A stretch of DNA of 63,987 bases, filler included, from Octopus bimaculoides (Eukaryota): the NCBI RefSeq assembly GCF_001194135.2. It is 9 parts of 9 records of this genome, joined end to end, with 100 filler letters (N's around TTAATTAATTAA, not from the genome) between each part and the next. Parts side by side here need not be neighbours in the genome. Positions count along the whole stretch, not along the records: positions 34,209 to 44,199 come from NC_068996.1; positions 44,300 to 47,917 come from NC_069003.1; positions 48,018 to 52,144 come from NC_068983.1; 6 more parts are not named here. The stretch is one strand, 5' to 3'. Shown here piece after piece: positions 37,593-50,841 of the stretch. Under the pieces are notes generated by a model that ran no database searches, was not told the origin of the DNA, and was given only the letters and a program-made list of their open reading frames with translations. Positions within the stretch are counted from its first letter, which is position 1. Each line of letters opens with the position of its first letter. A program made the position numbers and the translations under genes.

Positions 37593-37939
37593 AATGGTAA
37601 CACTAAGAATAATTATTATTTTAGTTGATATCATTAGAATTTATAAACTTTCGGGAATATGTGAAATACTTTTTTTCTTTTTTTGAATGGGGGATCTCGA
37701 AACATATAATGTTATAGGTAATAGCATGTAAATACTGGATTTGAACCCCATATACAGCTTTCGACTTCACTGTTCCAGGGTTTTTTTCTCAGTATTTACA
37801 TGTTATTATTTATAAATTTATGTGTTCTACGAGATACAGTGTTCGAAAAGAAGAAAAAGATTTCTTTTAGCATTACGGTAATCGCAAAGCGAATTAGAAG
37901 TAGACAAAGTGAAAGTTAAATGAATATAAATGCAGTGAG

Positions 37940-38255
37940 TGAAGTGAGAAAGAAAGAAAGAAAGACAGACAGGAAGGAAGGAAGGAAGAAAAAAGAAAGG
38001 AAGAAAGAAAGAATAAAGAAAAGACGAAGAAAAAACAGTAAAAAAGAAAGAAAGATGAAAGAAAGAAAGAAAGAAAGTAAAAATAAAGAAAGAAAAAGAA
38101 AGAAAGAAAGAAAGAAAGATAGAAAAAAGAAAAGAAAAAAGATGGGAAAAAAAAATAAGGAAAGAAATAATGAAAAAGAAAAAGAAAGAAAGAAAGAGAT
38201 CGAAAAAAGAAAGAAAGAAAGAAAGAAAGAAAGAGATCGAAAAAAGAAATGATAA
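37940..38255. repeat. Purine-rich (GAAA)n-like tract
   Basis: Direct reading. Confidence 0.9.
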
Positions 38256-39877
38256 AAGAAAATACAGAACGCAAATCAAAACCTTTCTGCAAAGTATCGG
38301 ACAAATGATGTGAAGAGAGACAAAGTAAAGTTGGTTACGTATAAAATAAGTAGAAAAAACAGATACAAAGAAATAGAACAAAATGGCTGATTATCTTAAT
38401 ATACTTCGTTAAAGATCTTCCTCGTTGCTTTAAGTGTCCTATTCTAAAAGCTCGCTGTTGTTGAAATATTGTTGGTAATGTGAAAATATTGTTGAAGATA
38501 TTTTCAAGGAGTATGATCGAAACGTAAGCCTAATTAGGTTGATGTTTTCACTGAATTGATGAAGATAACAGCTTCTTTTTCCCCTTTACTTCTCTTTTTT
38601 CCTTTAGTTTTCTGTTTTCCTTTCTCTCTCTCTCTTTTTTTTTTTTTTGTTATTTAGAAACGATTTCAATTACATTGCTGACATGTACAAGTAGTTATTT
38701 AGTTAGTTATTGCCTTTATTTGATCAGGCTGCGATATCAATTTGCTACCAGGAAAACACTGAAACTTCAAGTCTACTAGATCCTGAGCTTATTTTATTTT
38801 AATAAGATTTATCTTTATTATATTATTTTTTTATAATTAATTGAAAACAAAATTTATATTGAGATCATTAAAATATTTAATTATATAAATTCGCGTCTTC
38901 ACAATTTTGTATTTGAATGAGATAAAATAAAATGTAGAAAATGAAATAAACTAACCAAGTATGAGAGAAAGTAAATACAAAAATTATAATAAAATCATGT
39001 TTCTTAAAAAAATTATTTTGTTCTTTTATAAATTTGTCTTTAAATTAGACAAATAAAATAGTTTGTATTGATTGATTGACTTATTGATTAAACGTAAGTT
39101 ATGAAGAAAAAACAAGAAATAAGGGAAAAACATAGAAGAAAAAATTGCAATTTCTGTTTATGCCATTGACGTTGTCTTTTTATTTTTTTATTGCATATTT
39201 ATTCATATTTTAAATGTAGTTACCATAGCAGAAAAGATGGAATTCTGACTAAATTCTATGTAACATATAGCATTTAGTCTCTCGCTTTTATTTTCTTAGT
39301 TCCAATCATACCAGAATTAACTTTATCATCCTCTTCTGGACTGATAAAAGTAAAAATAAAAATAGCGCCAACGACTGTACACATTCACAAAACGCTGTGT
39401 CCTGCCATTCAGCTGGAGTGAGAATTTGTCAGACAAAGCACATGCAGTATGTAATTACAGCTCTTAGTGTTCTGAGTTCAAATCTCGTCGACTTCTTCAA
39501 CACCCTCCTCCTTCAAATCAACTGTCAACCTACACTCCTTGCACACGCTTACCAATACCCAAAGTTCTATACCATTTTCTGCAATACATTGTAAGTACAG
39601 CGAGGTTATGCACCTAGTTTACTGATTCGGACACGTCTATACATACAAGAGATTTCAAGTTAGAATTCCATAGTGCAAAGCACATACCGTTTATTGTTAC
39701 TATATCTGCAAACAGAAAGATTATTCTGTATAATTCTCTTCGCTGCTTAAATAAATCCACAAATTTAGCAAGAACAGATTTAGCATTATTCGGTATATAT
39801 TTTCCCATTTCACAAAAAATGTCGCAAAATCTCCACTCCCACAAAATCCATAGGTTTGCTCAGATAGGTCTTTTACC

Positions 39878-40035
39878 TTTAATTTGTTTCAGTTATTTGC
39901 CTGTGGCCATGCTAGGGCACTGCCCTGAAGAATTTTTAGTAGACTGAAACAAACCCAATACTTATACTTTTGTTAAGCCGGACACTTAATCTGTTGGTCA
40001 ATTTTGCCGAACCAGCAACAGTGGTGGTGGGAGAC

Positions 40036-40071
<36 letters not shown>

Positions 40072-40590
40072 CACACAAACACACATACACACACACACAC
40101 ACACATGCACATGCACATGCACACACACATAAAAACACACACACACACATACATACATACATAAGGCGGCGAGCTGGCAGAAACGTTAGCACACCGGGCG
40201 AAATGCTTAGCGGTATTTCGTCTGCCGCTACGTTCTGAGTTCAAATTCCGCCGAGGTTGATTTTGCCTTTCATCCTTTCGGGGTCGATTAAATAAGTACC
40301 AGTTACGCACTGGGGTCGATATAATCGACTTAATCCGTTTGTCTGTCCTTGTTTGTCCCCTCTGTGTGTAGCCCCTTGTGGGTAGTAAAGAAATAACACA
40401 TACATACATACATGCATACATATATGCGACGGACTTCTTTTAGTTTCGATCTACCAAATCCACTCATAAGGCTTTAGTCGGCCCGAGGCTATAATAGAAA
40501 ACACTTGCTCAAGATGCAATACAGTGGGACTGAACTCGGAACCATATGTTTGGGAAGCAAGCTTCTCACCACTCAGCTACGCCTGTGCCT
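39878..40590 (-). mobile_element. Diverged SINE family B interrupted by a family A insertion
   Basis: 3' part at 39878-40035 and 5' part at 40405-40590, separated by CA/CATA repeats and the family A copy. Confidence 0.7.
40165..40395 (+). mobile_element. SINE family A variant with a Tx1-like 3' tail
   Basis: Well-preserved family A head; the tail from 40352 matches 35257-35300 instead of the usual family A tail. Confidence 0.85.
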
Positions 40591-41426
40591 ATCTATGAAT
40601 GATATGAAACACAGTTAAGGATCAATAAATATCTGAAAAAGAATATTAAGTATAGTCTTGTAACACCATGAATATGTGCCTTCTGAAAAAAAGGCAATCT
40701 AGTGAAAGAAGTACAATACATATCAAATGAAGAAAAAGATACGCGATGAAAAGATGTATTAGATTAACGGGGAATACATTTAAAAGCCAAAAAAAATATA
40801 CATCGCACAATATTTTCGTTAGAACAAAGTGTAAGGCCAACTGAATGTCATTTTCAAAATACATTTAGTTTTCAAACGCCGGTGGACAAAAGAATTAGGC
40901 AGTAAAAGTAAGTATTGTTGCAAAGACAGAGATCTTTGCAACAATGCGTCGACTGCGGTAGCTACTGCCTCCGATATGCGGTTGAAAACCTTAAGATTCT
41001 GGCACTGCATGACGAGGTCAAGAATATCAGAGAAAAAAGAAAATGAAATTTTTTTATGACGATAAACCTAAGCCATAAAATTTCAAGCATCTTCTATATC
41101 ATTGGTTTTTGAATTGATTGATTGGAGTTTTGAATAATTTGATACTCAAAATTTAAGTAGAGACGTTACTTAGCCTCTGCAGGGAAACAGAATAGTTCCG
41201 CCTTGAAAAAATATATTTTCTATTCTAGAAGATTTTTTTTTTTTTTTTTTTGGTTTTTACATTTGTGAATTAGCATCCTATGCCTGTTTAAATAGTGAAA
41301 TAGTTATCAATAAATTTTTTTTTTAAACGTACTCTCATTACAGGCCAGCAATTCATTCCTGACTGACCGAAAATTCGTGATAATTTAGAATAAAGCATCA
41401 GGCACATTTTATAGCACTTGTACAAT

Positions 41427-41457
<31 letters not shown>

Positions 41458-42411
41458 CACACANNNNNNNNNNNNNNNNNNNNNNNNNNNNNNNNNNNNN
41501 NNNNNNNNNNNNNNNNNNNNNNNNNNNNNNNNNNNNNNNNNNNNNNNNNNNNNNNNNNNNNNNNNNNNNNNNNNNNNNNNNNNNNNNNNNNNNNNNNNNN
41601 NNNNNNNNNNNNNNNNNNNNNNNNNNNNNNNNNNNNNNNNNNNNNNNNNNNNNNNNNNNNNNNNNNNNNNNNNNNNNNNNNNNNNNNNNNNNNNNNNNNN
41701 NNNNNNNNNNNNNNNNNNNNNNNNNNNNNNNNNNNNNNNNNNNNNNNNNNNNNNNNNNNNNNNNNNNNNNNNNNNNNNNNNNNNNNNNNNNNNNNNNNNN
41801 NNNNNNNNNNNNNNNNNNNNNNNNNNNNNNNNNNNNNNNNNNNNNNNNNNNNNNNNNNNNNNNNNNNNNNNNNNNNNNNNNNNNNNNNNNNNNNNNNNNN
41901 NNNNNNNNNNNNNNNNNNNNNNNNNNNNNNNNNNNNNNNNNNNNNNNNNNNNNNNNNNNNNNNNNNNNNNNNNNNNNNNNNNNNNNNNNNNNNNNNNNNN
42001 NNNNNNNNNNNNNNNNNNNNNNNNNNNNNNNNGTATTGTGTATATATATATGCACATACATATATACATGCGTACATACCTGCCTACCTCCCTCCCTCCC
42101 TACCTACCTACCTACATACATACATGCATACATACATTCACACACACGCATACATACATACATACATACATACAGACAGACAGACAGACATACATACATA
42201 CATGCATACATGCATATACTACAGACAAACAGAAACAAAGAGAGATTTGTAAAAATACGCACGGAAAATTTGACGCAAACGTCATAAAGTTGTTTTTTCT
42301 TGTATTAATGATTTCTGCTTTTGTCCTCATTTCCTTTCAGAAATGGTATGGTTCTGAAAATGTTGTTTCGCTCAATGAATAGACCTTCATTACACTGACC
42401 ANNNNNNNNNN

Positions 42412-42481
<70 letters not shown>

Positions 42482-43085
42482 CGTTCATCTGCATACATCC
42501 TTTAGTCATCAGAATGAGATATTACCTTGTTAAACAGATCCGATTAATTGGACCATTAAAAGTAATTCGTCATCGTACTGATGATATATGATTATTATAA
42601 ATTATATTAAAACGGTTCGATATGATCAAAATTTTCTTTCTGCTTTATTCAATCAAGCGATTTCAGTACGTTGGCATTACTCAGTCTTTGAAAAAAATTA
42701 CCTACTATCTGAAATTCTCTCACAGTGTATACAGATACAAACAGACATGGTATGTATGCATACAAAATTTTTTTTAAATCGACAGAGTTAAGACAAGCTG
42801 TTTATTTAGGGGCTGAGTAGTTGGTAAAATTCAGGTTTTGGATTTTAACTGGGTGGTATTGGGAATCTGTGTGACGGATAATTGGTAGATAAACACATTC
42901 TGCTAGGGTTGACCGCATTAAGATATTTTGTGCCCTGAATAAGGAAAGGATAAACACATATCTCTCGTTGATATTCATGTGCACGTACGAGAGTATGTGC
43001 GTGGATACACACACACACACACACACACATATACATAGATATATACATACATACATATACATGCACATATATATTTATATGTATT

Positions 43086-43185
<100 letters not shown>

Positions 43186-43769
43186 TCACACACACATACA
43201 TATATAAATGTATACATACACATATAAACTTACATATGTGTGTATGTGCGTGTATGTATATGTACATGTATATATATACTTGAATTTATATCTATCGTCG
43301 AGACTTAAGTGATATACTTGTTACTAAACATTCTCACACAGTCAGATCTAAATGACCATATTTTCATTTCTGGCTCCTACAGCCTCACCGCTACAGCCAC
43401 TGTGCTCCTCCGTCTTTATTTGTCTTTGTCAAATGCTGGAGCTTGTAACAAGTTTGTGCCACAATTTCACATGTCATCTTTTAAAGTGGCTCTCCAGGTT
43501 TCTTTTGGTCTATTGTTTAGTCTCTTCCCACTAGCTGGTAACCAAGCCATTGTCTTTCTTACTTCGATATCATCCTCCCATTCATTGAACATACGGTGCC
43601 ATATGCATTCTTTTGCTCATTTATGAGAAGACTATATTATCAGAATAGATCTCTGATTTCAGAAAAGTCATTGTTGTCGTTGCTGTTATTTTATCAGATA
43701 TCGTTTGTGGTCGAGTAGGCTAATTGTCCAAAATAGTTCTCTAGTAAAGACTACAATTCTCACTCCGGA

Positions 43770-44005
43770 ACCCCGCAGTACTCTTACACCACAACTTTCT
43801 CTCACTCTTTCTTCCTGTTTCTCTTGTGCCTGAATTTCAAAAGGCCAGCTTTGACACGCTCTGTGTCACGCTGAATCTCCCCAAGAACTACGTTAAGGGT
43901 ATATGTGTCTTTGGAGTGCTCAGCCACTTGCACGTTGATTTCAACAGCAGGCTGTTCCGTTGATTGGATCAACTGGGACCCTTCTCGTCGTAATTAACGG
44001 AGTGC
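43770..44005 (+). mobile_element. SINE family C, 3' part
   Basis: Matches the reverse complement of 12590-12810. Confidence 0.8.
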
Positions 44006-44627
44006 TGTAGTATAGTATAATGTAATATAATATAATAACAGGCGTGATTATATGATAAGAAGCTTGCTTCCGAGTTCAATCCCACTGCATGGTACTTTAA
44101 GAAAGTGTTTTCAACTTTAGACTCCGGTTGATGCCCCAGCATGGCTGCAGTCAAATGACTGAAACAAGTAAAATACACACACACACACACACACACACAN
44201 NNNNNNNNNNNNNNNNNNNNNNNNNNNNNNNNNNNNNNNNNNNTTAATTAATTAANNNNNNNNNNNNNNNNNNNNNNNNNNNNNNNNNNNNNNNNNNNNA
44301 AAATTTTTTCGCAAATTATAATGTGGCTTACAATGTGTGCTTACCCATGCTTCTTAACTGAACTGAACTAAGCTTTTATAAAATTTTTTTCTTTTTAATT
44401 ATCGCCATGATAAGTATTTATATCCTGATGAGATTAAGAAATCAACAGATAAATAAACGAAACCCTCGAATCCATAACTGTACACACACACACACACACA
44501 CAAGACATACAAAGACAAACATGTTCGTATACACTCACGCACACAAATACATTAGCACATATTTCTTTATATTCATCCATTTTCCTCTCTGTTTGTTCTT
44601 CCTTTCTGTCTTTGTATTAATCGCCAG

Positions 44628-44820
44628 GGAGTAATTGCTGAAGATGCGCTGTGTAGCACTTTAAATCTGCCATCATGTGACAGGGCCAAGGACATCCAGT
44701 ACAGTCTTTATTTGGAAATTGTGTACAATCACCTGAGATTTGCTGTCGATAAAGGTTTTACCTGGCCACAAGTTTGTCAGATCCCTTACATTGCTGGGAG
44801 TTTGCTTCAGAGAGTTAAAG
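44628..44820 (+). CDS. C8orf74: C8orf74-like protein, internal exon (193 nt, phase 0 to 1)
   Basis: Acceptor ttcttcctttctgtctttgtattaatcgccag and donor AAG|GTGAGT. Open frame GVIAEDALC..LYLEIVYNHLRFAVDKGFTWPQVCQI..QRVK matches the recalled C8orf74 segment LLDTLYESIIFAVGKGFPWVEV. Absent from the ORF track because it has no start codon. Confidence 0.8.
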
Positions 44821-44911
44821 GTGAGTACAGAATCTTAATATATCGAATTGTTTATTGACACCCAGGCAGTCTGCGCATGTGTGTTTTATCGCTTAGTATT
44901 AGTAGGAGTAA

Positions 44912-45373
44912 GGAGGCGCAACGGCCCAGTGGTTAGGGCAGCGGACTCGCGGTCATAGGATCGCGGTTTCGATTCCCAGACCGGGCGTTGTGAGTGTTTA
45001 TTGAGCGAAAACACCTAAAGCTCCACAAGGCTCCGGCAGGGGATGGTGGCGAACCCTGCTGTACTCTTTCACCACAACTTTCTCTCACTCTNNNNNNNNN
45101 NNNNNNNNNNNNNNNNNNNNNNNNNNNNNNNNNNNNNNNNNNNNNNNNNNNNNNNNNNNNNNNNNNNNNNNNNNNNNNNNNNNNNNNNNNNNNNNNNNNN
45201 NNNNNNNNNNNNNNNNNNNNNNNNNNNNNNNNNNNNNNNNNNNACTACGTTAAGGGTACACGTGTCTGTGGAGTGCTCAGCCACTTGCACGTTAATTTCA
45301 CGAGCAGGCTGTTCGGTTGATTGGATCAACTGGAACCCTCGACGTCGTAAGCGACGGAGTGCCAACCACCACC
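44912..45373 (+). mobile_element. Full-length intronic SINE family C (internal N gap)
   Basis: Head GGAGGCGCAACGGCCCAGTGGTTAGG; near-TSD AGTAGGAGTAA (44901) / AGTTGGAGTAA (45374). Confidence 0.85.
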
Positions 45374-45548
45374 AGTTGGAGTAACCGTTTTGAGAATCGG
45401 GCCGCATGAAACATGGCTGATCATTATGCGGGCCGAACTACTAAAATAAAAACATTCAAGGTAATTTTTCGATAAGTGTGCCATTTAGGAAGGGTATACC
45501 AACACAAGTGTACTATATCTGCAATTCTGTTTTCAAATTCTGTTTCAG

Positions 45549-45928
45549 TACAAAAGCTTCCCACGTTTTTGAAGTACCTCTTTACCCAGTCGAGAAACTG
45601 GTCGCAGATTCTCGGTCCGCGAAACTACAAACTCTACATGGAATTCCTGTGCCAGAGCATTGTACAGCATTTTCTACTCTACAAGCACGTCTTTAGTTTC
45701 GTACCCCGGAAGGTTCCCCAACTTAATCTCACCGTCTATACACCCGTTGAACCGAATTCGTTGTCTGAAGGAAAACCGATTGAAATTTGGAACTACGAGC
45801 AGCAGCTCGCCGAATTAGCAAACGAAGAACAGGAATTGTTAAAGAAATTTGAAAGTATGGAGACTAAATGTTCAAAAGAGATATTTGATGAAATTCTGGG
45901 TCCAACAGAGGAAAGTTTTCAGAAAGAG
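45549..45928 (+). CDS. C8orf74: C8orf74-like protein, internal exon (380 nt, phase 1 to 0)
   Basis: Acceptor ttttcaaattctgtttcag and donor GAG|GTAATA; splices in frame to the previous exon (G+TA = Val). FLCQSIVQHFLLYKHVF..VYTPVEPNSLSEGKPIEIWNYEQQLAEL aligns with recalled YFHHTFIRHYKLYQYVL..VCMPPHPLPLAEGMDRDLWIHEQQVATL. Confidence 0.85.
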
Positions 45929-46129
45929 GTAATATACAAGCTGTCTTTGTATGTATATATTTGTGTTTGTGTGATCTTTTAATAGAATTCAACAGTGTGA
46001 ATTACTGCAAAACTTATGGTACTGGACTATTGAATTTTCAGTAATATGTTGTATTTTAGTGTAAGTGATTGAGTATACGTTTGTGTCCTTCACATCATTG
46101 TCAGACTCTACTCGACGTACAGATCCTTT

Positions 46130-47700
46130 AACTCTTGTGATTGTAACGCGAACATCTTTACCCTTCGCCCACATCGTGTCTTGTAGTGTTAATAACACGT
46201 GGCTTAAAAAGGAAATCTTCATTGATGACAATGTTTTACTCTTAGTTCAGCGGTTGATGTTGCATTCAAATGTTTTGCCAGTTTTCAGCATGTTTTCTAC
46301 GATTTACAATTTTGCATAGTTTCCAATGTTACACTTTTGCTACCTCATCGTGTCGCCACAACTTATAATGGTTTTGGGCATGTCTAGGACATTCGTTCAC
46401 GATATGGGCAAAGGTTTCGTCTACTCTTTAACAGATACGGTACAGTGGAGACACTTGTTTATTCCTAAGGTTGATCTTCTACTTTGTGGCCAAAGCTTGG
46501 TCTTGCGCTGTCTGTATGGTGTTCTCAGTCTTATTTTTTTCAGTACTCCTTTCTTCAGCCAATCCTACCTATTTTCCCCAGTAACTTCTGTTGTGGTTGC
46601 ATCAAATTGATTGTGTAGTTCCTTGTTGCATAATTCTTCTTGTCCTTTTTACACTTCTTGTTTTGTTTTTCCCTTTTTCCCTTTTTTCAATACTCCCTCA
46701 CCCCTAACCGGCACTAGCAAGGTTTCCTTACTTTGGAATTGGTAGCTCCCGAGTTCGATACGTACGCAGTCTTCCACACGTATCAATTACCTTCCTCTAT
46801 TTGCTTTCTTCATTTATTGGCAATCAGTGTCTGCACGTGGATGATGGGCTCCATGCATCATTAGGAGCTTTTTTTGTCTTCCTGTTCAATTCCTTTAGCT
46901 CCTCCTCTGTTCACTTCAGAATTTCAGTGTCATACCGAACTACTATGACTGCCCACGAGTTTATTGCAGAAATTATGTTTCTGGCATTCAGTTTTGGAGC
47001 CAATATTTCTCTCACTCATCGCTGGTATTCTTTCTTTGTCTTTTCTTTCATATCGTTGTGTTTAATTCCATTTGCCTCAAATATTCCCAGGTATTTATAT
47101 CTGGGTTCAGGTTCAACTGCCTTCATCATTTCACCACTTGACATACGTATGTCTTCTGTCCTAACATACTTTCCGCGTTTCAACACCATCGTAGCACATT
47201 TTCAAAGTCCAGACTCCATCTTGATATCATTCGAGAAAATCCGCACAGACTGTACTAGACTGTCCAGTTCTTCCTTACTTTTAGTGAACAACTTCAAGTC
47301 ATCCATGAAAAGCAGGTGGTTTAAGCTTTTCCTTACTGCTCCCCAGATCTTAGCCCAACTTTGTCATCTGTATTTCACTCAAGGGGATCATTCCCAGCAC
47401 AAAGATCGGGGGGAGGGATACACTGTCCCCCTGGAAGATTCCTCTCTTGATTTTCACCTCTCCTAATACCAGATTCCTTGTTGTCAATTCAGTTCTCCAA
47501 CGTTTCATACTGTTCTATGTAAGGCATCTCATGTTTCTTCTACTCCATACATTTCCATAGTTCTTGTCATTCCAAAGTGTGGTATCATATCGTATGCCTT
47601 GCGATAATCAGTCCATGCTCAGCTTTGTGTGTCTCGCAGTTTCTTACAATTCGTTAACTAACAGCTGATCTTCGTTTCATCGTATTGCTTTACAGGTTGA
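46130..47700 (-). mobile_element. Degenerate R4/Dong-type LINE (RT, CCHC, RHD), intronic and antisense
   Basis: DYRKAYD, RGIFQGDSVSP, NHLLFMDDLKLF, YKYLGI, TAQDQALATK, YRIC..ETFAHIVNECP and WRHDEVAK, in order, with stops and frameshifts. Confidence 0.9.
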
Positions 47701-48084
47701 TCCCAGACCCCCGCCTCCCGAATGCTCTGCTTTCGTCTGCATCTGGTATAAATGTTAGGTGTTATTGCCCATTTAGTTCCTGAAAGTTTTTTTTTTTCTG
47801 ATTGGATTCAAACAATGTGTTTTGCCTTAATTATTTTGTTCTATTGTCATATCTTCCCAGTTTTGCCTTAATTGTTTTCTTCTTCTGTCATATCTTCCCA
47901 GTTTTGCCTTAATTGTTNNNNNNNNNNNNNNNNNNNNNNNNNNNNNNNNNNNNNNNNNNNNTTAATTAATTAANNNNNNNNNNNNNNNNNNNNNNNNNNN
48001 NNNNNNNNNNNNNNNNNATATATATATATATATATACACACACACGCATACATACATATAGATACATGATGACAATAATGTACG

Positions 48085-48122
<38 letters not shown>

Positions 48123-48346
48123 TATGTGTGTATGTGTATACATGTATGTTTGTGAGTATTTATAATCACATATTGCAAGGAATGAGCAGTCATCATATTA
48201 GAAAAAAGTCAGTGTATGAATATGTTTATCTCTTTGTGTGTGTGTGTGTTTGTGAATAGATAGGCAGGTGCATTTGTGTGAGTGTATGTATACAAAGTTT
48301 ACATGTTCTGTTTGAACATACACACACACATATAATATATATATAT

Positions 48347-48393
<47 letters not shown>

Positions 48394-49044
48394 CTGAAGT
48401 ATGTTTAGATATTTATGTGCATGGGGGGGGGGCAGATAGATGTAGAGATTTATTGCTAGCTCTTACTATACGTATGTATAGGAGTGTTTGTATATATGTA
48501 TATGTGTCATTGTGTGATACATGCATATTTAAACATTTAGACATCTACAAACCATTTAAACACCTATATATATGATCTATTTGGAAAGTTCATAGCAAGT
48601 GAAACATAAGGCCAACTGTAATGAATCATTTATCTCAATGTAAGACATAATAATATTCTCAATGTCTAATTCTCGAGTCATTCAACTGGGTATGACGTGG
48701 AGTTTGTGTAGCATTAGCAATAATATATATGTATATGTGTATATAAATGTATATCTAAGCATCTACAAACCATGGATACGCCCATATATGTTGTTTTTAA
48801 AAAGTTTACAGAGAGTGAAAGATAAGGCCAAGTGTAATGAATCACATTTGTAATGTAAGACATAATAATATTATTTTCAACATTTTGTCCTATCGTAGAG
48901 TCTTTTAATTGAGAATGACTTCAAGTTTATGTCAGCATTAGTAATTATATATGCATAGACATATATATATATATGAAAATGTGCATATATGTATACCAGA
49001 CATTTAATAAAATGTGTATGACAATATGTATGTATGTGTATAGT

Positions 49045-49340
49045 GAACGCATGTGGCTTAGTGGTTAGGGGCATTCAGCTCATGATCATAAGGTCGTGAG
49101 TTCAATTCCCAGCGACGCATTGTGTCCTTGAGCAAGACACTTTATTTCATGTTGCTCCAGTCCACTCAGCTGGCAAAAATGAGTAGTACCTGTATTTCAA
49201 AGGGGCCAACCTTGTCACATTCTATGTCACGCTGAATCTTCCCGAGAACTACATTAAGAGTACACCTGTCTGTGGAGTCCTCAGCCACTTGCACGATCGT
49301 ATCAGCTGGGACCCTCGTCATCGTAACCGACGGAGTGCTC
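49045..49340 (+). mobile_element. SINE with a family D head and a family C tail
   Basis: Head TGGCTTAGTGGTTAGG..AGTTCAATTCCC..gtgtccttgagcaagacac; from ~49187 colinear with the family C tail. Confidence 0.8.
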
Positions 49341-49794
49341 CTTACTGTCTACACACACACACACACATATGTATACACACATATATACACACACATACAC
49401 ATATGTGTGTGTGTAATTGTAAGAGAAACGGACGAGAGAGGAGAGAGTGAAGGGTGGAGAGAGGGTGTGCTAGTAATTTCGTCTCCCAATAAAACTCGGT
49501 AAACATATATTAATCTTGCTGTTAATTAACTGCAGGTATGCTAATGAGTTTTATTTATATTTAAGTGCTTGCAGCATTGTTTCAAGTGTTGAGCATTGTT
49601 TTAGGTTAGAGGAGAACGGCAAAGCAGAAAGGTAGCCATACTGAAAAGAGTGGTTGCTGCCTTTGTGCATTTTTTTGTTGGGGCGTGCGCGCGCGCCTGT
49701 CTGTGTGTCAGATTCTTCTGCAACATTGAAGCTTCTAAGAATTCGCAACATTACAACTGGTTATGTGCAAAGATGCAAGAATCATCATCACCAT

Positions 49795-49920
49795 AAAAGG
49801 GTCGATAAATTAAGTTCTAATCGTGTACTGGGGTCAATCTAATCGACTGCCCCACCACCACCACCCACCCCCACTTCCCAAAAATTTCAGGCCTTGTGCC
49901 TAGAGTAGAAAAGATTCTTT
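49795..49920 (+). mobile_element. SINE family A, 3' half
   Basis: gggtcgataaattaag..aatttcaggccttgtgcctagagtagaaaag. Confidence 0.75.
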
Positions 49921-50274
49921 ATACTAGCATGGGTTGGACAGTTTGACAGGAGCTGGCAAAGTAGGGAACTGCACCAGGCTCCATTGTCTGTTCTGGCATG
50001 GTTTCTATAACTGGATGCCCTTCCTAATGCCAACCCCTTTAGAGAGTGTACTGAATGCTTTTTACACGGCACCTGTTCCAGTCCCTTTCTTATAGCACCA
50101 TCACCAGTGCTTTCTGTTTGGCACCAGCGCCGGTGCTATTTGCGTGGCACCAGTATTGGTGCTTTATGTGAGGTGGTGGGGAGAAGGTGGATGGACAGAG
50201 CCCCACATGTAAGATTACAAATACATTTTCAGTACCATACTACCAGTGTGTGAATGAAGGGACCTGGTTGTTAA

Positions 50275-50530
50275 AGTTTAGGACTTGCAGTCATAAGATC
50301 ATGGTTTCAATCCTTGAACTGGGCGGTTCAGTGTTCATGTGCAAAGCAATTCATTTCGCGTTGCTCCAGTCTATTAAGTTCTAAAATTACTCCAGTAATA
50401 GCTGGGAAGTAAACTCTGTGAGAGATTGGTGTCCTATCCAGGGGAGTGTTGTAATCTCAGTCACTTATACGCTCTCGATATTGTTGAGTTTCAGCCTTAT
50501 GAATCCTAGGTTCCATGACAAACATAAGTT
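50275..50530 (+). mobile_element. SINE family D, diverged
   Basis: Related to 31680-31897 and 59950-60215. Confidence 0.55.
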
Positions 50531-50802
50531 TCACTTCAATGCATGTGTGTGTGTGTGTGTGGCGTCGATTTGCTTGACTAAATGCAGTGCTCCAGCGTGG
50601 CCACGGTCAAGTGACTGAAGCAAAATAAAAGATTAAAAGAATGTATATTATATGTATATCTATTATATATCTATATATGAATATTATATATATATATATG
50701 TATGTATATACGTGTATACATATGTATATACATGTGTATATATATATACACATATGTGTGTGTACATATATACATATACATGTGTGTGTATATATATATA
50801 CG

Positions 50803-50841
<39 letters not shown>

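Noticed and set aside
42341-42345. 5-nt microexon AAATG as an alternative start for the C8orf74-like gene
   Set aside because: The splice signals are plausible, but it would delete the N-terminus that 30661-30717 supplies; unsupported without RNA data.
45476-45982. The 168-aa ORF as a single-exon gene
   Set aside because: Its ends run into intron sequence; the homologous part is bounded by the AG at 45548 and the GT at 45929.
46801-47466. 221-aa plus-strand ORF
   Set aside because: It is the antisense shadow of the R4 RT relic.
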